Notes: generated by a model from the sequence alone, not told the origin. A stretch of DNA of 64,000 nt from Minisyncoccota bacterium (GCA_965222235.1 OZ244939.1:248585-312584), one strand, 5' to 3'. Positions 20,591 through 31,172 are shown, counted from the stretch's first letter. Program-made: numbers and translations.

Positions 20591-21737
20591 CCCAAGTTCA
20601 AACAAATAATAGAACACCTGTCATATACCAAGTAATACTGGAGACATATGACAAAAGCAAAGAAAAAGAGACGGGAACCGTTCACCCGTCTGAATATTCA
20701 TGAACGGAGTAGTATTGAAGTGAGATACTGTGCTGACAAGAGATCCCTGCGGGAGATAGCGAAAGAGTTGGGCAGGTCACCGGGAACCATACATCGGGAA
20801 ATAGGGGGAAAACCGAGAAAAGGAGTCGGACGGTACTGCGCGCTGAGGGCACAGCGGGAAGCAGAGAAAAGGATACACACCCGGGGGAGGAAAGGAGTGC
20901 TGACCGACAGAGCACTCCTTGGGTATGTGCGGGAGAAGATGGAGGAAGGATGGTCTCCCGAGCAGGTGAGTATTCGTCTTCCCCGGGAGTTTCCGGAGGA
21001 CACAACCATGCGGGTATCTCATGAGACGATATATACCTTCATATATGCGCAGATTCACCAAAGCGGACACGGTATCGTGAAACCGGGGTATCTAGACTTA
21101 CGGTCTCTTCTGCCGAGAAGAAGGAAGAGACGCATACGGCAAGGAGTGAGAAACACACAGAAAACAGAACGAAGAGCGGCCTTGCCCTCCATTGAGGAGA
21201 GACCGGGGATAGAGGGGGTAATCGGTCATTGGGAAGGTGACACCATGCTCTCAAGGAAAAGCAGCGTTAGGGTAAAGAGTATGAATGAAAAGATGACCGG
21301 TCTGGCATTCTTTGAGAAAACAAAAGACGGTACCGCTGAGTCCTGTGACGCGGCAATCATCAGACGAATGCGCGCTGTCCCTCCGAGATACCGCAAGACC
21401 CTCACCCAGGACAGAGGGGCGGAGAATAGGGGGTACCGCACCGTTGAAAAAGAACTCAGTCTCTCCTGCTACTTCGCCCATCCGTACTGCTCTCATGAAA
21501 GAGGATCAAACGAGAACACCAACGGATTGTTCCGTCGGTGTTTCCCGAAGGGGACTGACTTTGACAAAAGCAATGACCGTGACATTGCCAAGGTTGAGTA
21601 CCTATTGAATACCCGTCCCAGGAAACGCCTTACTGGTCTGACCCCTTACGAGGTATTCTACCGCATGACCGGTGTCAATCTCCAGAGGATGGCATATTAC
21701 AAACTGACAGGTGTTCAATTAGAAGTTTGAATGTAGG
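20591..21737 (+). mobile_element. IS30-family insertion sequence, copy 1 (1147 bp)
   Basis: 33-bp imperfect IRs (CCCAAGTTCAAACAAATAATAGAACACCTGTCA / TGACAGGTGTTCAATTAGAAGTTTGAATGTAGG) and AGA target duplication (20588-20590, 21738-21740). Confidence 0.93.
20648..21730 (+). CDS. IS30-family DDE transposase
   Basis: HTH REIAKELGRSPGTIHREI, WSPEQ, SHETIY, GHWEGDT, DRGAE, ERGSNENTNG, NTRPRKRL. Confidence 0.95.
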   Translation: MTKAKKKRREPFTRLNIHERSSIEVRYCADKRSLREIAKELGRSPGTIHREIGGKPRKGVGRYCALRAQREAEKRIHTRGRKGVLTDRALLGYVREKMEEGWSPEQVSIRLPREFPEDTTMRVSHETIYTFIYAQIHQSGHGIVKPGYLDLRSLLPRRRKRRIRQGVRNTQKTERRAALPSIEERPGIEGVIGHWEGDTMLSRKSSVRVKSMNEKMTGLAFFEKTKDGTAESCDAAIIRRMRAVPPRYRKTLTQDRGAENRGYRTVEKELSLSCYFAHPYCSHERGSNENTNGLFRRCFPKGTDFDKSNDRDIAKVEYLLNTRPRKRLTGLTPYEVFYRMTGVNLQRMAYYKLTGVQLEV

Positions 21738-21877
21738 AGATAGATCGTTGTAGTGTTCGCGGAATGAAAAATTTTTTTGAATCATCACCATACCAACTAT
21801 ATCTACCTCATCTTCACTGCTCGGTACGGTATACACCGGAGCACGACCGTGCGAACACAACGGTATTAAACTATGGG

Positions 21878-21948
21878 TGACCCCACGGGGAATCGAACCC
21901 CGGTTTTCGCCGTGAAAGGGCGATGTCCTGCCGCTAGACGATGGGGCC
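21878..21948 (-). tRNA. tRNA-Glu(TTC)
   Basis: Reverse complement GGCCCCATCGTCTAGCGGCAGGACATCGCCC-TTTCA-CGGCGAAAACCGGGGTTCGATTCCCCGTGGGGTCA. Confidence 0.94.
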
Positions 21949-21975
21949 CGGATAACTAATACTATACACAGTGAA

Positions 21976-22938
21976 TTACATCTCCACAATATCACCGGCG
22001 CGGGAAATTGTAAATGCAGCACTCTGCACGAAACCGTCATCCTGCGCAATATCCACCTCAAGCACCGAACCGTCACCCACGAAATGCATGTCCACCACCT
22101 CCCTGCCCGGAAGCGGAATAACCGCAACACCTTTCGCTTTCGGCAGGTGGGAATCGTATACCCGCAATGATGCCAGGTACAGACTTTCTGTCACTGATGA
22201 GATGAGCGGAACGAGGATGAGATTGTCTTTCCTGACTGCGTGATTGGTCTGAACCGTCACGCTGCCGATTTCCGCACCGCTCTGATATAGCCCAAGTATA
22301 ATATCACCCGGCATGTCGTAGGAAACATCCGCCCCCTGCCGTATGCTGGGAAATACCCTGCTGTCTTCATGATGAAGATCCAGTGTGGAGAAGAAAATGG
22401 CATTCCGTATCTGCTGATCAGGCTCAACGATGCACTGACGCTGCTGCTCATCCCACTCACCGAACCGCAGAGTTACGCAGGATGTCTGATCTGCCCCCTT
22501 TAGTGCGTATGAAATCAGCCATGCCGCGCCCATAATGAGGATGAGAAAGGCAATTCCCAGAACGATAAACCGTTGCTGCATATGCTGTGTTTTGTAAAGC
22601 ACACCCCCGCCGAATATGAGCAGAATGGCAAGCGGAATACCCGAGCCAAGTATGATGCCGTAGGCCCCCAACAGTCCTCCTATCAAAACACCGTACGCGA
22701 CGAACGGAAAGGCGATGCAGGAGAGAATGATAAATATATGCTGGTGCCGACGGGTCTCTATGCGGTTCAGAACACCAATGTATGCAGCACCGGCAGCGAG
22801 CATCCACAGAACGGACAGAAGCGGGTGCAGGAGCGCCGCCCAGCTGAGGACAGACATGCCGGGAAGAAACATGAAAAGAATGATAATTGCAGGAATAACG
22901 GCGAACCTGCGACGCACCGAATATTTATTTTTTTCCAT
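21976..22938 (-). CDS. Hypothetical membrane protein (about 5 TM plus extracytoplasmic domain)
   Basis: Hydrophobic N-terminal half and a C-x12-C motif (CVTLRFGEWDEQQRQC). Confidence 0.7.
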   Translation of the reverse strand: MEKNKYSVRRRFAVIPAIIILFMFLPGMSVLSWAALLHPLLSVLWMLAAGAAYIGVLNRIETRRHQHIFIILSCIAFPFVAYGVLIGGLLGAYGIILGSGIPLAILLIFGGGVLYKTQHMQQRFIVLGIAFLILIMGAAWLISYALKGADQTSCVTLRFGEWDEQQRQCIVEPDQQIRNAIFFSTLDLHHEDSRVFPSIRQGADVSYDMPGDIILGLYQSGAEIGSVTVQTNHAVRKDNLILVPLISSVTESLYLASLRVYDSHLPKAKGVAVIPLPGREVVDMHFVGDGSVLEVDIAQDDGFVQSAAFTISRAGDIVEM

Positions 22939-23002
22939 ATACCGGTAGTATATAGCATGTGCTTATTAAAAAAAAGATGTGTGGATAAAGTCACTGCCTT
23001 AA

Positions 23003-23185
23003 GTGCACCGCAAGCGGGAGAATATCACCTCTCTATGTAAACAATATACTGATATATCGCTATTTCTACCGAAAAACGCCTACGCTGCCGACAATGCCGT
23101 GATGATCGCTCTAACCGCCTATATCCATCGCAATCGCACAATAGACCCCACCGCCCTTCCCAACCTCTCATTCCCTGAGGCATAG
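23003..23185 (+). pseudogene. tsaD: 3' fragment of tsaD (t6A synthase)
   Basis: LFLPKNAYAADNAVMIALTAY...PNLS resembles the TsaD C-terminal P..xxxDNAxMIA motif; no upstream part of the gene is present. Confidence 0.6.
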
Positions 23186-23252
23186 TAGTAACACAGGATA
23201 CCACACGCTATCCATTTTAGTTATATGTTTTATCAACGCAACAATATAAAAG

Positions 23253-23287
23253 AAAAAAGAGGCAAAATTGTTTTTAATTTTGCCTCT
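23253..23287 (-). terminator. Intrinsic terminator of the 23322..23945 gene
   Basis: AGAGGCAAAATT / AATTTTGCCTCT stem with an A-run on the left (U-run on the minus strand). Confidence 0.7.
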
Positions 23288-23321
23288 CTGTTGAACTTTA
23301 TGGAATCCACATCAAAAGACT

Positions 23322-23945
23322 TTATTTCTTCCCCTGGGTGACTGGTATATACTCACGCAGATTCAAAGAGCGACACACGCCGGCAATGGGTGCGATGTCT
23401 TCTTCCTCCCCGCCGCCATAGCGACTTTCCCACTCCAACATTACTCGTGCCGGTTGCGGTCCAGCTTCTTCACTCCAGCCGCGGGGAGCGCGCCATGGAC
23501 TGAAAATCAATTCACAACGCGCAGAATTGTCATATTTGTTATTGTTATAACAATCCTTGAAGAAGTGAAGGCTGCCGCGATATCCCTTGCGCAGGAAACC
23601 GGCGGCGATCTGTTTTGCGAGATCAAGAGTAATGATGCGGGATTCGTAACCGGCTTCGTTAAAATTGATGAAACCGGGCAGTTTCTGTTCCACCATGATT
23701 GCGAAGAGGTTGGGGATTCTGCGCTTCCCATTACTTTGATCGTAGCTGCCGACGATTGTGGGACGGATAGTATGGAAACGCTCCAACGCAAAACCCGTGT
23801 TCTCTTCAACTTCTCCGGAAGAGATAAGAGTGTTGAGAGCCCGGAGTCCGCCGTCCAACCATGCCCAGTCTGACGGCACCGCTTCAACCAGCTTTGCCAT
23901 AACCTCTTGATTGTCAGGAATTTCAAAAAACAGATTGCTTTTCAT
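23322..23945 (-). CDS. Hypothetical protein (accessory, with SD AAGGAG)
   Basis: 207-aa ORF with a clear SD and its own terminator. Confidence 0.7.
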   Translation of the reverse strand: MKSNLFFEIPDNQEVMAKLVEAVPSDWAWLDGGLRALNTLISSGEVEENTGFALERFHTIRPTIVGSYDQSNGKRRIPNLFAIMVEQKLPGFINFNEAGYESRIITLDLAKQIAAGFLRKGYRGSLHFFKDCYNNNKYDNSARCELIFSPWRAPRGWSEEAGPQPARVMLEWESRYGGGEEEDIAPIAGVCRSLNLREYIPVTQGKK

Positions 23946-24203
23946 GCGAAAGTCTCCTTGTGTTGGTTTGCTTGACTTCTACATACAGGTTATCACAGGT
24001 TGCTAATTTTGTCTTGATCGCAAAATCTATATGACTTTGTCATTGAGTGATGACGAATGTGTACCACTTGTGCCCTCATGTGCTGATGAGTGCATAGCGT
24101 TGGAGTTGAGGTGTTGATAAGGTTCATATGCACCTAGTTTTATCACACATATTTTTATTTTAAGTTGGGTGTGTATAACTAAAAATCCATATCGGAATCG
24201 GAT

Positions 24204-24878
24204 CTACGGAATAATGCTCTCAACTTTGTGCACATATTCCATACACTTATGCCCTCCGTATTGAGTGCAAAACGGAATTAATGCGCTGTTATCTGTTCCG
24301 TCATACGGTATAAAATTATGTGGCATTGGAAAAAACTTTTTATCAAAAATGAAGACATTGGAAACTTCAATTGGCTTCAAGTAAGATATGTGCCCTGTTT
24401 TGATAATACGATACCTGTTTTCTTCTCCAGAGAGACGTATAACAACGATCTCTTCATGTATCCCGGAACCAAGAGTTATCCATGATTTTATGACATCACG
24501 AGGATCATCGGAGTGTGGCCTGGAGGATGTTACATACCCCAACAGGTCAATAAACAAAATACCATCCTCTCGGTATACATCGACGTCCAAATAGGAGGGG
24601 GGATTAGTAAAGTCATGTGTATATTCAGCGTTAAACACCACGATATTTCCTTGATATATAGGTCTGGTAGTGGTGCTATACGCCCCCAGCAGAGCTCTCG
24701 GCACATGCAATAGTTCCGGCGGTTGGGTGGGCTTATCGGCGGGTTTATTTTCAGGCAGTAATGTAATGAATACCGCCAATGCAACAAAGGGGGGAAATAA
24801 GAATCCAACCCGCACAACCCAGAAGCAGTTTTTTAGTAAAACGCATATACATGAAGTGCGCCATGGCACACGCCTCAA
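24204..24878 (-). CDS. Hypothetical membrane-anchored exported protein (start uncertain)
   Basis: TM segment followed by a Pro-rich linker and a beta-rich domain. Confidence 0.55.
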   Translation of the reverse strand: MRRVPWRTSCICVLLKNCFWVVRVGFLFPPFVALAVFITLLPENKPADKPTQPPELLHVPRALLGAYSTTTRPIYQGNIVVFNAEYTHDFTNPPSYLDVDVYREDGILFIDLLGYVTSSRPHSDDPRDVIKSWITLGSGIHEEIVVIRLSGEENRYRIIKTGHISYLKPIEVSNVFIFDKKFFPMPHNFIPYDGTDNSALIPFCTQYGGHKCMEYVHKVESIIP

Positions 24879-25012
24879 GACTCGTCCCCGCCACTGTTAT
24901 TTCCAAACACCGTCAATGGTATCAAGCGACCGAATTCGACAGCGGAGGCAGGTACACATAAACAACTTTCAACCGTATGATATAGCAAATGTGTACCATC
25001 TTTACACTCCAG

Positions 25013-25096
25013 TGCCCAGGAGAGGACTTGAACCTCCACGGGATTACTCCCATACGCTCCTGAAGCGTACGCGTCTACCAATTCCGCCACCTGGGC
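25013..25096 (-). tRNA. tRNA-Leu(CAG)
   Basis: GCCCAGG stem, TACGC-TTCAGGA-GCGTA anticodon arm, variable arm, GGTTCAAGTCC. Confidence 0.95.
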
Positions 25097-25230
25097 AATA
25101 CACCTCCAGTATGACACAAACATGGGTGCGGTGCATACATTTCCTGTCGGCGCACGGTAGAAACAGCATACAAAAACAGGACCGCCTATACGGTAAAAAC
25201 GGAGGAATATATGGTACAGTATGGTTACAC

Positions 25231-26139
25231 ATGGCGGTATACCAACTGAATCATGCGCAACATGTATCCGTATGGCTGTCGCTGTACGGACAGATAGAGC
25301 GGTTACGGATATTTCTTCATTTATGGAGAGTGGAATTAAAACTGCGGTCAGCGAATGTTGCACACCTTCCCGGACACCTGCAACGGAAACGGGCATTAAA
25401 TATCAGACGCCTGCGCACATACAGAAAAGAGGGATTGTTTCCTAAAAATCTTGATTTCCGCGGTGCCTTTATTCCCTACTTCAAAGATGCAACCGGCACA
25501 CCGTGCGCAGTCGCCTATCTCATGGAACAGTCCGGACAGCGGGATATAGTTGCGGATGTCGCAGTAAAAAACAACCATGTATATGTAAATGACATCAAGG
25601 ACGGACCGGTGCTTATATGGATTAAACAGTCCGGTCTGACACAACAGGAGGCGGCTCGCATACAGCCGTCCTATAGCGGTTGGGTGGGTGGGTTTGAATC
25701 GTCATATCAAACTCCTCATCTGGTTGATCTTTTCTACCCTGCGGCGGTTAACATAACGGTCATTTCAGGGCTGACGATTGCTCTGGCATTTCTGTTGTCC
25801 CGTTCATATCTTGCTTCATTGTGCGCCGGTATCGGCAAAAAAAGATTTTATACCGTCATGATTACGACGCTCGTTATGATTAATGTCGTATCTCTTCTCA
25901 CACATTTTGTCATCTATGATGGCTACGGCACTCGCAATCCTGATATTTCTTGGGCAATACTACTGGTTATCGCCTTCCCTCTTTTTATAATAACTGTCAT
26001 TGTCGGACTGATAAAACTGTTTCTGTATTTTTCGAATAAAAAGCGCTTCATATCTTCACTCATCATCTACCCGTTAACCGGAATCGTGCTCGCAATACTG
26101 CTGATATCCCTGCCTATAATGCTGCTGCTTCTCTGGTAA
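25231..26139 (+). CDS. Hypothetical protein with a conserved-looking N-terminal domain and 4 C-terminal TMs
   Basis: GLFPKN..PYFKDATGTPCAVAYLMEQSG..SGLTQQEAARIQPSY. Start moved past tRNA-Leu. Confidence 0.7.
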   Translation: MAVYQLNHAQHVSVWLSLYGQIERLRIFLHLWRVELKLRSANVAHLPGHLQRKRALNIRRLRTYRKEGLFPKNLDFRGAFIPYFKDATGTPCAVAYLMEQSGQRDIVADVAVKNNHVYVNDIKDGPVLIWIKQSGLTQQEAARIQPSYSGWVGGFESSYQTPHLVDLFYPAAVNITVISGLTIALAFLLSRSYLASLCAGIGKKRFYTVMITTLVMINVVSLLTHFVIYDGYGTRNPDISWAILLVIAFPLFIITVIVGLIKLFLYFSNKKRFISSLIIYPLTGIVLAILLISLPIMLLLLW

Positions 26140-26265
26140 CAGTGCTATCGGTACACCGAATCAGCGCATACCGACTGCTATCCCCACGTCATCTGTGCTT
26201 TGATTGGAAAAAATATTAGAACACTAAAGCGGTGCAATGATGAAGCCTGATATACTGTACTGGGT

Positions 26266-27990
26266 ATGAAATTTACTCGCAATCTTAAAGACATGGGAAG
26301 AAATGATACTGCAATCGCGGGCGGAAAAGGATTCTCTCTCGGTAGAATGATTCAAGCCGGCATACCGGTGCCGGATGGTTTCGTGATTCTTTCAACCGTC
26401 TTTGAGCATATTTCAGAAACATCAGGATTAAAATCTGAAATTAAATCAATACTTTATTCTGTAAACAGTAATGATAGTGACACAATCAAATATGCTTCGG
26501 AAAAAATTAGAAAACTTGTATTCAAATCAGAAATTCCCGAAAACATTTCTCATGAAATAATGAGCAATTTTGACCTTCTTCATTCCCAATATGTTGCTGT
26601 ACGATCATCAACCCCCACAGAAGATTCAGCGGATGCGACCTGGGCCGGCATACTTGAGAGCCATCTTGAGACAACAAGAGAAGATTTGTTGGAAAATATA
26701 AAGAAATGCTGGGCATCATTATTCACACATCATGCTATTCAATATGGTTTTGAAAAAGGGTTGGATGAGAAAAATATATCTATTGCGATTGTTATACAAA
26801 AAATGGTGAAAAGTGAAAAGTCCGGAGTTGCTTTTTCTGTTCATCCGGTGACACAAAACAGGGAGCATATGATAATTGAAGCCGGTTCGGGTCTTGGCGA
26901 GGCTGTAGTATCCGGCAAGACTATACCGGATTCCTACATTGTCAGGAGAAAGTCTCTGACAATTGTCAGTAAAAGCATTCATGGGAAGCGGAGTATTCTC
27001 TCTGAAAATGAAACATTGAAACTCTCGGAGATGGTTCTCACTGTTGAAAATCTTTTCGGTTTTCCTGTTGATGTTGAATGGGCATATGAAAAAAGAAAGT
27101 TCTTTATTCTACAGAGCCGCCCCATCACAACACTAACGGAAATAGAGAACCGGATGGTTTTAGTCGGCAAACGAAGAACAGACAAAATGCATGCTGAATT
27201 ACGTATCAAGGGGTGGACAGAGGGATTAAAAAAAGAAATCGGCACCGGTTATAGAAAGATAGTTATAAACTCGGGCGGTGAACATTTTGTAGATTCTGAA
27301 AGTAGGGATGAAATAAATGAATTACTTTCTCAAAAAAGTTTTCAGGATTTTAAGTTTTATTCAGATAAAATGCGTGTATTTAGAGGTGAGAATTTTTCTG
27401 ATTTATTCACATACTTTCTTATAGCCAGACACACTGCTGACGGAATCTATAAAACATGTTCCTCCGAACAACAAAAAGCTATTGAAGAGTGGCGCAACGA
27501 TGAAAATCTCTTTCAGCCACTGGATGAATATATAAAAACAAATCCTGTTAATAAAAGTAAGGAACATTGGAAGTGGGAATTTTATAACGGAAAAATGGTT
27601 CTTACTGAACAAAATGAAAAAAACGTTGATCAAGGCGACAAAGGTGGTTTACTGTCTAAAAAAACACATAAAGAAATAAAAGGTGAGCCGGTGTACGGGG
27701 GTGTGGTTCACGGAACGGTAAAAATTGTTGAAAACTTGGATGACCTTGCAAAAATTACTGAAGGAGATATAGCAGTCGCCCAAATGATGAGCCCTGACTG
27801 TCTTCCCATTATTAAAAAATCCCGGGCAATTATCACGGATGAAGGCGGAATATTAAGTCACACCGCAATTATGGCAAGGGAAATGGAAAAGCCCTGTATT
27901 GTTGGGACCGGAACAGCAACTACAATATTGAAAGATGGGGATCAGATTAAAATTGATGCGGCATCCGGCATGATTCACATCTTGAGCTAA
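26266..27990 (+). CDS. PEP/pyruvate-binding domain plus PEP-utilising mobile domain protein (no TIM barrel)
   Basis: AGGKG..LG, PVPDGF, VAVRSS..ED, SGVAFS, GLGEAVVSG, DVEWA..ILQSRPIT, GGILSHTAIMARE (phospho-His). Confidence 0.88.
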   Translation: MKFTRNLKDMGRNDTAIAGGKGFSLGRMIQAGIPVPDGFVILSTVFEHISETSGLKSEIKSILYSVNSNDSDTIKYASEKIRKLVFKSEIPENISHEIMSNFDLLHSQYVAVRSSTPTEDSADATWAGILESHLETTREDLLENIKKCWASLFTHHAIQYGFEKGLDEKNISIAIVIQKMVKSEKSGVAFSVHPVTQNREHMIIEAGSGLGEAVVSGKTIPDSYIVRRKSLTIVSKSIHGKRSILSENETLKLSEMVLTVENLFGFPVDVEWAYEKRKFFILQSRPITTLTEIENRMVLVGKRRTDKMHAELRIKGWTEGLKKEIGTGYRKIVINSGGEHFVDSESRDEINELLSQKSFQDFKFYSDKMRVFRGENFSDLFTYFLIARHTADGIYKTCSSEQQKAIEEWRNDENLFQPLDEYIKTNPVNKSKEHWKWEFYNGKMVLTEQNEKNVDQGDKGGLLSKKTHKEIKGEPVYGGVVHGTVKIVENLDDLAKITEGDIAVAQMMSPDCLPIIKKSRAIITDEGGILSHTAIMAREMEKPCIVGTGTATTILKDGDQIKIDAASGMIHILS

Positions 27991-28188
27991 CCTCTTCGTC
28001 GCCGCTGCTAAAAATGTATGTCTTCTCTGGTGCCCAGGAAAGGATAGCGTTGGAACTGAAAAAAGTTTTTAGACCAAATATCGCCCGCTCCGAGCGCACA
28101 GTAAACCCACGAATCAACATCGTACGCTTCAAACACCAACCAAAATTACCCGGCCAAACCACCACAAACAACCACAACAAACAAAAAA

Positions 28189-29928
28189 ATGATACAATAC
28201 CAATCAATGGGTATGCTTCGTTTATGTATTTTGGCTGTTTGTCTTGCGGCAGGGCTACATTTTGGGTATGAGGCATGGCAAACATATACGCAACATGGAG
28301 TGCCGCTTAAAACGGTTGCAACCTATGCTGTACCAAGTATTACTCATAACGGTATTGAATACACCATTACTGACGCAGGGTTGCAGGGCATCAGTGACAA
28401 ACACCGGAACAAACTGCTGCAACTTGCTTACTTTGCAACAGTTGCGCGAATTGATCCGCTCCTTGCCTTACCGGGTGTAGACCTAGAAGTATTTCGTGCG
28501 GTTATTGATGAGATAGAAGCGTCACAGGAACGGGTCACGTCCGTGTATAGTCCCGAAGACCGGAAGATGATTCGAATGTCACTGTATCCGATTTCATTCC
28601 TCAAATCGCTGCATGATCTGGAGCAACTACGTCGACAGGTTGTGGAAACCCCATCGTTTAGTGATACAGAGACATATCAACGACAGTTCGTTGAAACCTA
28701 CGAACTATATATAGAAAATATAGAAACTTTGCAACATGCGATTGAAGTGCTTGTTCCTGATGCAATCAAGCGAAGCACAATCCGCTTTCATACGGGAAAC
28801 TCAAGTATGGGATTTATTGCAAACACACTGGCCAAGTATCAGGACGGTATCACTCAGGTATATGAAACACAACTTGATCGGTTTCGCTGTTATAAGGGGG
28901 TAGCTAAATACTGTTTTGAAATTACCCGACCGCAGTTACCATCAATCGTACAGTCAACCGCATCGGACGAGTATAAGAATACAGTCATGCAACATCAAAC
29001 TTTTATTGAGGCGTTTCGGCAAGATCCGTATCGCGGATACAGTCACCCGTATGCCAATGTAGAGCTGTCTACGAGCAGGTGTGGTGACCCAGATAAGCCG
29101 GGTTACTACTACCTGTGGTGGCGTGAAGACGATTCAGGATTAGCTATTTTTCGCCCTGATTTGCTACACGAGCTATTTTTCTATGATTTTTGGCACGGAA
29201 AACAGGCTGATTGGCAGTATGCGCAAGTATACCGAACGCTTCGTGGTCCGCAGTATACCTACCAGCCAATTGCAAGCCATTATGTCTGTCCGGATCTTGG
29301 GTTAGATATGGCCACCATATTGTCAATGCTCTATGTAGATGAGAATAAACTACACATAGTACCCGTTGGGTCTGAACCACAGCCCGAGATTGACCCACTC
29401 ATTGATGCAGCTAATTTCGCATACGATGAATTGACTGACTCACAGCAACTTATCCAAGTAGCGATTGAGGTATATATTGATGCATTGCATGCGCTGCTAA
29501 CCTCTACATCAGAGTCAGAATTGTATGAATACATCGGTACTACCGCTACTCAAACGGCGCATGACCTGGTCACCGTATACTATGCCCGAACTGCCTATGT
29601 TCCGGATGTATTGATGAGTGTAGTCAGTGATAACGAAGCGGTTGCTAACTATGCGTTGCATGGCACATCAACCGGATTAGACGAGTTGCTATTACTACGA
29701 ACCGTACCAATGGTGTTGTATGGCGGTTTCACCCCGACAATTCAACCACAACCTCACACCTTTGTCCGTGAATTTATCTCTGAACCGCCAGATATTCTCG
29801 TTACCTGGCCAGATTTAGAAATTGTAGATACAGCAACATTTGTCCGCGAGCTACAGAAGGCTGAGCGGGTGAAGATTGATATGTCTGCCTCTGTTGGCAC
29901 TGTGTATCCAACCAACTCGTCTAACTAA
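28189..29928 (+). CDS. Large exported or membrane-anchored hypothetical protein
   Basis: 579 aa with an N-terminal hydrophobic segment; convergent 4-bp overlap with the ligase gene. Confidence 0.75.
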   Translation: MIQYQSMGMLRLCILAVCLAAGLHFGYEAWQTYTQHGVPLKTVATYAVPSITHNGIEYTITDAGLQGISDKHRNKLLQLAYFATVARIDPLLALPGVDLEVFRAVIDEIEASQERVTSVYSPEDRKMIRMSLYPISFLKSLHDLEQLRRQVVETPSFSDTETYQRQFVETYELYIENIETLQHAIEVLVPDAIKRSTIRFHTGNSSMGFIANTLAKYQDGITQVYETQLDRFRCYKGVAKYCFEITRPQLPSIVQSTASDEYKNTVMQHQTFIEAFRQDPYRGYSHPYANVELSTSRCGDPDKPGYYYLWWREDDSGLAIFRPDLLHELFFYDFWHGKQADWQYAQVYRTLRGPQYTYQPIASHYVCPDLGLDMATILSMLYVDENKLHIVPVGSEPQPEIDPLIDAANFAYDELTDSQQLIQVAIEVYIDALHALLTSTSESELYEYIGTTATQTAHDLVTVYYARTAYVPDVLMSVVSDNEAVANYALHGTSTGLDELLLLRTVPMVLYGGFTPTIQPQPHTFVREFISEPPDILVTWPDLEIVDTATFVRELQKAERVKIDMSASVGTVYPTNSSN

Positions 29929-31172
29929 AACTCCAGTTTGATGCTTTTGTTCTTATCCTTTACTTCGTAGGTCGTGTCAAAGTAGAGTCTCGGCGGATTA
30001 AATAAACCAGCTTCGATGGCCTGCTTTAGAGTTACTCTGTGTGAAATCTGGACAGCATCAAGCGCGCTAAGTATACGTTCTCGTAATGATGATGTATCCT
30101 TAATACCGTCACAAAGCACCAGTGTGATATCTAGTAGTGCAACAATACGGTCACCAGTACGTATCTCACGCACGATGACATGTATTACCGGCTTGAGTTC
30201 GGTACTGAATACTGCCAGAGCAGCTTGTAGGTATTCAATTCTAAGTTCCGTCCCTCGTACGCGAACAAAATCTACTCCACTACGACCGGTGATTTTGAAC
30301 CTCGGTTTATCAAGACCACAAACACACGGCTCCTTGAGCAGAATCCCACTATCGCCAGTTTGATATCTAATCAATGGGAGGGGGTATAGGGGGGGGTTGA
30401 GGATGGTTATCGCAATCTCATTTGTAGAGTCAATATCGACCACAAAATCCTCATCGTTGATGTGCATGATGGTATAATCTTCACCACAGGCTGGCGTGTG
30501 AAAACCAAACGCTCCGGAGGATTCAATACTCCCAAAGTGGTTAAAAATTTGAGCCATTGGATACTGCTGTTTGAGTAGTTGTAGGGTGGTTGGAGTGAGG
30601 GCTTCACCACCGAGATCCAGTACCTTAAATTGCTCAAGCAGCTTCATGTTTTTGAGGTGTTGAGGCAACATTGTGGCAATTGATGGCGAAGCAGCTAATG
30701 TATCAAATGTTTCAGTCTGTAACAGTTCTTCGCAATACGATAATTGATGTGGGTCAATTGACATTACTTCAATCCCCGATGAGCGTATGGATGATGCCCA
30801 GAGAGGGGTTGTTGTGTAATTCCAGATAAGGAACATTCTTTTGGTGCCCCACTGTTGTAGTGTGCGATAGAATGAAATTGCATATTCATGCAGCCATACA
30901 AAAAAAGGTTCTCCCGAGGTTGATCCTGAGGATGAATTTAGCAGCGAAAGCTTTTGTGGTGGTACGAATATGTGGATACCTTGGGTGCGTGCAGCGACAA
31001 AAACAGCTTTGGTGACTGGTGGGAGTTGTTGTAGATCGGTTATGTCGGCAATGGTTGGACAGACCGTGATACCGGCTAATCGCCAATGTGTTTGGTATAA
31101 ATCGCTGTAGTCATTATTCCATGCAGCATTGATGGCGGCTTGGAGCTTGAACATTGTTTCATTCTGATACAT
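29925..31172 (-). CDS. Phenylacetate-CoA ligase/F390-synthetase-like adenylate-forming enzyme
   Basis: LPPVTK, P-loop SSSGSTSGEP, GGE, HFGSIE, PLIRYQTGD, TGR. Confidence 0.85.
   Translation of the reverse strand: MYQNETMFKLQAAINAAWNNDYSDLYQTHWRLAGITVCPTIADITDLQQLPPVTKAVFVAARTQGIHIFVPPQKLSLLNSSSGSTSGEPFFVWLHEYAISFYRTLQQWGTKRMFLIWNYTTTPLWASSIRSSGIEVMSIDPHQLSYCEELLQTETFDTLAASPSIATMLPQHLKNMKLLEQFKVLDLGGEALTPTTLQLLKQQYPMAQIFNHFGSIESSGAFGFHTPACGEDYTIMHINDEDFVVDIDSTNEIAITILNPPLYPLPLIRYQTGDSGILLKEPCVCGLDKPRFKITGRSGVDFVRVRGTELRIEYLQAALAVFSTELKPVIHVIVREIRTGDRIVALLDITLVLCDGIKDTSSLRERILSALDAVQISHRVTLKQAIEAGLFNPPRLYFDTTYEVKDKNKSIKLEF

Noticed and set aside
24670-25230. N-terminal extension of the 489-aa ORF
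   Set aside because: Reads antisense through tRNA-Leu. Similar tRNA-spanning extensions at 3876-3959, 6669-6845 and 46269-46550 were also trimmed
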